Position numbers and translations under genes: made by a program. From the IMG/VR virus record IMGVR_UViG_3300023179_000002, positions 1-50,720 of that record: a DNA stretch of 50,720 bases. One strand, 5' to 3'. The DNA is from a virus (lineage: Duplodnaviria > Caudoviricetes). Position 1 is the stretch's first letter, and each line of letters opens with the position of its first letter. Below, in pieces: positions 45,015-50,720 of the stretch. A model generated the notes under the pieces. It was not told the origin of the DNA and ran no database searches. It saw nothing but the letters and a program-made list of their open reading frames with translations.

Positions 45015-46361
45015 TCAGGCTGCTTTCATAAAAGGCTGGCTTGCTATGCAGCCTTGAGACAGCCAGCCAGTAACTTGATCAAGGGCATCGTCCCAAACAA
45101 AGGGTTTACGTGGCCTTGCGATGTTCATTGTCGGATACCACGGCGTGGTTACGTCACTGCCCCACCGCCACCAATCTCTACGCGCCAACAGCATATAGGT
45201 CGGCTTATTCATCAAGGCCGCGAGGTGTGCGACACTTGTATCCGTTGAGATAACCACGTCCATCTGCTGGATACAGGTCACTGTCCGTGACCAATCATCT
45301 AAGATCCAAGGCGAAAGGTCTGTCACGAATGTCTGTGCTTGGTGCGCTGTAATGTCTGCCGCACGTTCACCCACCTGAAGCCCATAAAACTCAAACTGCG
45401 GCAACTTGATCAGTGTGAGCATATCTTCAAAGGGAACACTTCTCTCCGCACTATGCGCTGATCCAGGATTACAGGCCCACACAAGCCCTGCCTTGAGCAT
45501 AGGACCTTGCCTCACTAAGGGACAATGCTTTCCTGTCAAGAACCTTTGCTGCGCCCATACCGAAATGTACCCTGGATCTTGAGGCACGTCGCTTGAAAAA
45601 GCTGTTCCCGACCAATGCGCCAAACTCATCAATGATGTTTCCGCATTAACGGTCTCTGGCACATAGCCAGAAAAAGCGGTCACCTCGAGGTTGGGAAGGT
45701 ACGCCGTCCAAGGCTCGAAAATATCCAGTAATGTATACGGAACTGCAAACGTCACCCGCTTCGCCCGCGAGCATGCCCACGGTAAATACCGTGAAAACTG
45801 GAAAGTGTCTCCTATCCCCTGCTCTGCCCAAACATACAGATGTAACCCATAAGGATCTGGGTCGCCCTTCCATGGCGCAACACCCTTCAGGGTGCGCTCC
45901 GGATTAATTTGTTTCCGTGTCTCGTACATATCAAAACCATCGGCCCAGAGACCTGCTTGCAGCAAGGCCATCGACAAATCCAAGCGATGGTTCAATTCAT
46001 CCGGAGCCAAGTCAATGCAGCGTTTAAAATCATCAATTGCTTGTCGCGGCTTGTCCATCACCAAATGCAAAACACCCCGCGCATGATGCGCCCCGAGGTA
46101 CTCAGGATTTGCAAGCAGCACAGCGTCTAACTGTTCTTCCGCTTCACGATAATTGCCAAGTTTTGTATTGACCACCGCGATATTCATAAGGGTCCGAGGC
46201 CCAGGGTCCAGGGCGTGAATACGCTCCAGCATATGCAGCGCGGCTTTTCTTTTTGCCAGTGGCGCCGTTGGTGACGATACCGTTGCAGCGACCATGTTGC
46301 TCACGTGTCGCGCATCGTTTATTGCCCCTTGGACGTAGCTAAGGGTGTCCAGTTCGTCCAT
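45015..46361 (-). CDS. TPR-repeat glycosyltransferase family 9 protein
   Basis: TPR helices, then EQGIGDTFQF.RY, GLVW, D.VIS.DTSVAHLA, WRW..TPWYP. Confidence 0.88.
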   Translation of the reverse strand: MDELDTLSYVQGAINDARHVSNMVAATVSSPTAPLAKRKAALHMLERIHALDPGPRTLMNIAVVNTKLGNYREAEEQLDAVLLANPEYLGAHHARGVLHLVMDKPRQAIDDFKRCIDLAPDELNHRLDLSMALLQAGLWADGFDMYETRKQINPERTLKGVAPWKGDPDPYGLHLYVWAEQGIGDTFQFSRYLPWACSRAKRVTFAVPYTLLDIFEPWTAYLPNLEVTAFSGYVPETVNAETSLMSLAHWSGTAFSSDVPQDPGYISVWAQQRFLTGKHCPLVRQGPMLKAGLVWACNPGSAHSAERSVPFEDMLTLIKLPQFEFYGLQVGERAADITAHQAQTFVTDLSPWILDDWSRTVTCIQQMDVVISTDTSVAHLAALMNKPTYMLLARRDWWRWGSDVTTPWYPTMNIARPRKPFVWDDALDQVTGWLSQGCIASQPFMKAA

Positions 46362-46698
46362 CTTTCTGCCTTTCTATCAATTTGTACATATAAAGCTTTC
46401 GCTTACCAGCGTTGAGGCTATAATAACCTCTCCCCGCACTCAAGTTCACCATCACCTGCCCCGATGGATCATAGATTTTTCTCTCCACAAGGCCTTTTTG
46501 CGCTGCCCTTATAAGCACATGCCCCACTTCGAAAGGCACGATATCAGGGTATAAAAACTCACTCGCCACCAAAATTTCCGTCGATGTTTGCCAAATATAC
46601 GGTGACAGCACCTGCATCACGGCTTCACGCGCCTGTGACAGGCTAGATGTTTTCGTTTTCGGCCGGCTCAACAAACGGTTCGTCCCTAGGCGGTTCAA
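46339..46698 (-). CDS. Hypothetical protein (start uncertain)
   Basis: Fills the gap between the terS-like and GT9 genes. Confidence 0.45.
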   Translation of the reverse strand: MNRLGTNRLLSRPKTKTSSLSQAREAVMQVLSPYIWQTSTEILVASEFLYPDIVPFEVGHVLIRAAQKGLVERKIYDPSGQVMVNLSAGRGYYSLNAGKRKLYMYKLIERQKDGRTGHP

Positions 46699-47074
46699 CT
46701 TGCGCGAGTGGCGTGCTCATTGGAAGCGCCTTCGTGCTCGGCAAAATTTCTATGACCACGGATCCTGACTGATCAATCGTTAAACCATCGGCTTGATCAA
46801 TCGTCCTCTCCACAACTTTACCATAGCCACGTTCAAGCAACGCCGTCGCGGCGTTCAAACGCACTTGATCCTGCGGCGCATTACGCATCACATCCACGAT
46901 GACTTCGATCGCCTCTTCCGTGTACTGTCGCGACAAGCGCGTTGCCGTTGCACGGTCGTATAGCTTGGATAATGATCCTGCTTCAGGTCTAAAAGCGGTG
47001 GAGTACCCATTAAAAATGGGTGAGTTCTTTCCGAAGCGTGACATGGGCAAAGCTACCGCACTGCCGCTGACCAT
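46643..47074 (-). CDS. Putative terminase small subunit
   Basis: R.YT.EAI..I..M...RL.AA..LL.RGYGK pattern; early position in the late operon. Confidence 0.6.
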   Translation of the reverse strand: MVSGSAVALPMSRFGKNSPIFNGYSTAFRPEAGSLSKLYDRATATRLSRQYTEEAIEVIVDVMRNAPQDQVRLNAATALLERGYGKVVERTIDQADGLTIDQSGSVVIEILPSTKALPMSTPLAQVEPPRDEPFVEPAENENI

Positions 47075-47556
47075 TACTCAGTCGGCTGTAGTTGGGCTGG
47101 CTTCGAGTATACCACAACATTTTGCCCAAGTAAAGAAAGCAAAATAGCCACCCGCTCTTTACTTGTCCATTGGCAGACGCCTTCACGCCCTTCGAAGGGA
47201 CCTTCTTTGAACTGAAGCTTTTGTCCTGGCTTGAAAGCCAGCGCATCTTCAATTCTTTCCACCACAGCATTCATCGCTTTCATGTTATCAATCCATACGT
47301 CAGGAACACGAGAGGGTGTATCTTCCCCGCTCAGGAGGATACGACTGACCCCTCGCGTGTAAGAGATAGGGCGCCACCGCTGATTCTCAAGACTGTATTC
47401 CGCAAACAAGTACCGCGGAAACAAGGGACGAATACGCTCCCCTTCCGCAAACACCTCTCTCAACATCGGCAAAAGCACTTGATATCCTTGCTTTTCAAGC
47501 AATATTTTTACGAGGCTTTCACTGGATGGTTTGGTCTGGACAACGAGCCAAGGCAT
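47074..47556 (-). CDS. NusG/RfaH-family antiterminator
   Basis: W.VVQTKP..E, PLFPRYLF, I..TRGV; KOW F.PGQ....GPF.G..G. Confidence 0.9.
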   Translation of the reverse strand: MPWLVVQTKPSSESLVKILLEKQGYQVLLPMLREVFAEGERIRPLFPRYLFAEYSLENQRWRPISYTRGVSRILLSGEDTPSRVPDVWIDNMKAMNAVVERIEDALAFKPGQKLQFKEGPFEGREGVCQWTSKERVAILLSLLGQNVVVYSKPAQLQPTE

Positions 47557-47632
47557 GTAGCGATATCTTTACCATGATTGGTCGACACATTTCCACTTGT
47601 TTTTGTGGTTTGAAACAAATAATATTGTCCGC

Positions 47633-47899
47633 ATGTCCAAGAAAAAATCTGTCAGCCTCTCCGTAGGGCGTGGTGAAAAGCTTCCTGTCAGTAAAGGCGC
47701 TGGCCTTACTGAAAAGGGCCGTGAAAAATATAACCGTGAGACCGGATCTAATCTCAAGGCACCCGCGCCATCGCCAAAAACCGAGGCGGACAAGGGGCGC
47801 AAGGCATCTTTCTGCGCTCGCATGAAGGGTGTGGTCGAAAAATCCAAGGGCGAGGCTCCAAGAGCCAAGGCTGCCTTGAAACGCTGGAAATGTTCCTAA
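47633..47899 (+). CDS. Small basic conserved phage protein (DUF6321-like)
   Basis: GLT.KGR..YNR.TGSNLKAP...RKASFCARM.G...AL.RW.C. Confidence 0.75.
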   Translation: MSKKKSVSLSVGRGEKLPVSKGAGLTEKGREKYNRETGSNLKAPAPSPKTEADKGRKASFCARMKGVVEKSKGEAPRAKAALKRWKCS

Positions 47900-47954
47900 T
47901 CAGGTCGTTTTGTTATAGTATATTAGTATAAATCTATATCAATTATACTATTTC

Positions 47955-48170
47955 CTATAAAGAAAAGGGTTTATGCTTCTTGTTGTAGGCGTTCCAATTA
48001 TCCAACGCGGCCTCACGACACTCGTGATATTCCTTCTGGCTGGGGGCAAATTGTGCCGCTAACTGCCAAGCTTCCTGCGCTTCTTTGCGTTTATCCTGTG
48101 CCTCAGCGCGAATAGCGATCTCTTTCGCCCGCTTGAACTCAGTCTCTTTGAAGGTGAGTGGTGTGGCCAT
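47955..48170 (-). CDS. Hypothetical protein
   Basis: 71 aa helical ORF divergent from the methyltransferase. Confidence 0.5.
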   Translation of the reverse strand: MATPLTFKETEFKRAKEIAIRAEAQDKRKEAQEAWQLAAQFAPSQKEYHECREAALDNWNAYNKKHKPFSL

Positions 48171-48208
48171 GACTACCCCGCAGGGTCAGTAGCGTTTCAT
48201 AGGCAAAT

Positions 48209-48302
48209 ATTGCTGTCAAGGAGAATCTTGTTGACACGCCAGTGGGGCGTATGGTTGCATGCCCCTGTGACGATCTATGTTTGAACCCCTGAAAAAGTCA
48301 AT
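48209..48302 (+). repeat. 94 bp direct repeat, copy 1 (promoter plus dead 5' end of the gcrA-like gene)
   Basis: 12 mismatches versus 49362-49455 by hand alignment. Confidence 0.9.
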
Positions 48303-49281
48303 GGACCCTGACGCAGCATTGAAGCCGGGCAAGGAGCGGACGCGGGCACCACGCAATCGGACGCTTATCGTATTCCACAAAGAAGTGCAGTCCCTGCTCG
48401 GCGAAACTATCCATCTGCGTGCGCCGGCTGCGGTCGAAGCTCTCAAAAGCAAAGTTATCCATCAAGATTTATTCGAGGCTTTACCGTTTCTACCCGATTC
48501 ATTTATCGACCTACTGGTGGTCGACCCCCCGTACAATCTAAATAAGGCGTTCGGTGATCAAAAATTCAAGAAGACCAGTGCGAAGACCTATGAGCAATGG
48601 CTAGATAGCTGGATAGCCCCCCTTATTCGGTGCCTGACGCCCACCGCCTCGGTTTATGTATGCTGCGACTGGCAGTCATCTAGTGCCGTACAGGCGGTTG
48701 TCCAGAAACACCTGATCGTACGCAATCGCATAACCTGGGAACGAGAAAAAGGGCGGGGCGCACTTCGTAATTGGAAAAACTCGTCCGAAGACATCTGGTT
48801 TTGCACGCGCTCGAACGATTTCTATTTTGACGTTGAGGCGGTAAAGCTTAAGAGAAAGGTTATTGCCCCTTACCGCGACGCCAGTGGCGCCCCAAAGGAC
48901 TGGGAAGAGACAAGTGGCGGCAATTTCCGACTTACACATCCATCGAACCTATGGACTGATATTTCAATACCATTCTGGTCAATGCCAGAAAATACCGATC
49001 ACCCTACTCAGAAGCCAGAAAAGCTGATAGCCAAACTTATATTAGCAAGCTCTAGGCCTGGTGATTTTGTGTTCGATCCGTTCTTAGGTTCTGGCTCGAC
49101 ATGCGTCGCTGCGAAAAAGCTCGGTCGTAACTATGGCGGGATCGAGATTGATGCCGAGTATTGTCAGTGGGCCGTAAAACGGCTGCGCCTAGCTGACCAG
49201 GATCGAAGCATTCAGGGGTATCACGATGGATATTTCTGGGAGCGCAACTCACTGTCTGACCAAAAACTAGGAAAGGCTTAG
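48277..49281 (+). CDS. Beta-class DNA amino-methyltransferase (N6_N4_Mtase)
   Basis: DPPYN motif IV precedes HPTQKPEKL and DPFLGSG motif I. Confidence 0.92.
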   Translation: MFEPLKKSMDPDAALKPGKERTRAPRNRTLIVFHKEVQSLLGETIHLRAPAAVEALKSKVIHQDLFEALPFLPDSFIDLLVVDPPYNLNKAFGDQKFKKTSAKTYEQWLDSWIAPLIRCLTPTASVYVCCDWQSSSAVQAVVQKHLIVRNRITWEREKGRGALRNWKNSSEDIWFCTRSNDFYFDVEAVKLKRKVIAPYRDASGAPKDWEETSGGNFRLTHPSNLWTDISIPFWSMPENTDHPTQKPEKLIAKLILASSRPGDFVFDPFLGSGSTCVAAKKLGRNYGGIEIDAEYCQWAVKRLRLADQDRSIQGYHDGYFWERNSLSDQKLGKA

Positions 49282-49361
49282 CAGGTCGTCGCCAAGCAAA
49301 AGGGGTTCTTTAATGACTAAGACGGTCGCCGACCTGCTGACGTTTATATCCGAATACAACC

Positions 49362-49455
49362 ATTGCTGTCAGGGAGAATCTTGTTGACACGCCAGTGGGG
49401 CGTATGGTGTCATGTCGCCATGACAACTTATGTTTGGCCCCCTGAAAAAGTCAAT
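49362..49455 (+). repeat. 94 bp direct repeat, copy 2 (promoter and start of the gcrA-like gene)
   Basis: GAATC-TTGTTGACA...TATGGT, then ATG 49420. Confidence 0.9.
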
Positions 49456-49851
49456 ATCCTCACCAAGCTGTGGGGAACCCTCCCCGCCGCGGACATCGGC
49501 AAGCGCCTAGGTTGCACACGCAATGCCGTGATCGGCAAGGCAAACAGGTTGGGCCTCAAAAATCTTCGTTCTGACGGAGACTACCGCCTCTTCAATGTAC
49601 CCATGGATCAACGTCCCCCGCGCCCTGTCTACGAAAAACTTCGTGCGGAAGCCAACCATAAGGTCTTTGCTTTTATGGCCAAACATAAAATCACGGGCAA
49701 AGAGATTGCTCGTTTCCTAGGCCTTAGCGAGGCAACTGTTTCCCAAGCAAAAACGGGCCGGCACCCTCTACCTCTGACTCATTGTCAAAAGATTCTTGAT
49801 CCAATGGGCCAAGAACAGCTTGCCAAGGCCCTGGGCCTTGCGGTAAAGTAG
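49420..49851 (+). CDS. GcrA-like N-terminal domain fused to an XRE-type HTH
   Basis: W..E.V..L.KLW....A..IG.RLG.TRNAVIGK.NRLGL; second HTH ITGKEIARFLGLSEATVSQ. Confidence 0.85.
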   Translation: MTTYVWPPEKVNILTKLWGTLPAADIGKRLGCTRNAVIGKANRLGLKNLRSDGDYRLFNVPMDQRPPRPVYEKLRAEANHKVFAFMAKHKITGKEIARFLGLSEATVSQAKTGRHPLPLTHCQKILDPMGQEQLAKALGLAVK

Positions 49852-50040
49852 CCTTAGCCGCCTTATCGATTGCAAGGCGACCGCGGCGACATAGCACCTT
49901 GCAGGAGCGTGCTGGACGCACCTTAGTGGCCTGAAATGGTTTTTTGCCATTGACGGCCACCAGTCGCGCCAAAGTGTGGGCCTTGTATGGCCGCAGCGAT
50001 GGCGCATAGTTCATCTTGCATGGTATATCCATGCAAACGG

Positions 50041-50072
50041 GCAGTGGCGGCTCATCACCGCCACTGCTTTTT
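50041..50072 (+). terminator. Intrinsic terminator
   Basis: GCAGTGGCGG-N7-CCGCCACTGC-TTTTT. Confidence 0.8.
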
Positions 50073-50118
50073 CAGTAGAAATACTGCGACAACTCAACTC
50101 AAAGTACTGTTGCCGGAA

Positions 50119-50421
50119 TTAAAATACTGCTGGCTGCCCTTTTAGAGGCAGCTTCAGGTGCAACAACTCACCCGCATCGACCACACCCCCACGCCCATCA
50201 GGCGTCACGACCAGTACCGTAAAGGTCTCTTTCTCCGCACCAGCCCAGAACATAACCACGTTGCCAGAGTGGCTCAGACCACTCACCACGGGCTCTTCTT
50301 TAAATTCCTTGCGTAGGGTACCAGCCAGCTCCTTTGCATCACCACACATGGGCTGCGCCAACGCTGTGCTGGCTACAGAGAACATGGTCCCAAGGGCAAC
50401 GGCTAGTCTCATCACACGCAT
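50119..50421 (-). CDS. Small secreted/periplasmic protein
   Basis: Signal peptide ending ALA-QP; C...L...F.E.P...G pattern. Confidence 0.65.
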   Translation of the reverse strand: MRVMRLAVALGTMFSVASTALAQPMCGDAKELAGTLRKEFKEEPVVSGLSHSGNVVMFWAGAEKETFTVLVVTPDGRGGVVDAGELLHLKLPLKGQPAVF

Positions 50422-50593
50422 AGCGTCTCATGATCCAAGGCTCGGGGTCAAGGGTAATTTTGTAGTGAGAAATTAACTTTTTTGAAAAATTGGGTCGCAC
50501 CAAAAATGGTATGGGACCCAGCATCCGAAGGAGGGTACCCCTTATTTTGGCACATACCCCCCTTAAAAAGGTAAGGACTTACTGTTTTTCGGC

Positions 50594-50720
50594 AATGTTT
50601 CACGTGAAACATTAACCCTTAACCTTTCTGCAAAATAAATTACCCTTTATGGGTAACTATAGGTGCATGGCTTGGCTTTGTATGACTCCTGATCCATTGG
50701 ATCATGCGCCTTTGTGCAAG
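50594..50720. repeat. Terminal direct repeat, copy 2
   Basis: Identical to 1-127. Confidence 0.95.

Noticed and set aside
48277-49281. Calling the methyltransferase CcrM
   Set aside because: It is the same beta class but lacks the CcrM C-terminal domain and has a different N-terminus; specificity cannot be read from the sequence.
882-50421. Alternative genetic code suggested by the aaRS and odd tRNA
   Set aside because: Core genes are uninterrupted in code 11, and TAA, TAG and TGA all end genes at tight junctions.
50594-50720. Biological terminal repeat and a fourth parS site
   Set aside because: An exact 127 nt overlap is typical of assembler circularisation; it is the same locus as 1-127.
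1-50720. Integrase, ParA/ParB, reverse transcriptase/DGR, intron or intein
   Set aside because: No recognisable motifs; polymerase, terminase and helicases have ordinary lengths. Very divergent versions among the small hypotheticals cannot be excluded without HMM searches.

Overview
The window is an apparently complete circular tailed-phage genome of about 50,593 bp. Bases 1-127 recur exactly at 50594-50720, most likely an assembly k-mer overlap. The host is probably an alphaproteobacterium, judged from a GcrA-like gene, CtrA boxes and promoter style. The + strand (0.9-23.5 kb) carries mosaic early genes, a tRNA-like gene, a full-length cysteinyl-tRNA synthetase and a replication block (SSB-like protein, primase-helicase, kinase/UDG-like fusion, family A polymerase, VRR-NUC nuclease, SNF2 helicase, GT9-methyltransferase fusion). 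The - strand (47.6-23.4 kb) carries a NusG paralog, terminase, P22-like portal, scaffold, coat, gp4 and gp10, then injection proteins, fibres, a tailspike and lysis genes. A DNA methyltransferase and a GcrA-HTH gene close the circle. I recognised no integrase, ParA or ParB. The most striking signal is non-coding: three chromosomal-type parS sites (TGTTTCACGTGAAACA class) beside an AT-rich origin-like tract, intergenic CtrA boxes, and GANTC sites at promoters. Together with the phage GcrA, this suggests a phage that plugs into host segregation and cell-cycle circuitry. All family calls come from motif recognition by eye; no database search was run.
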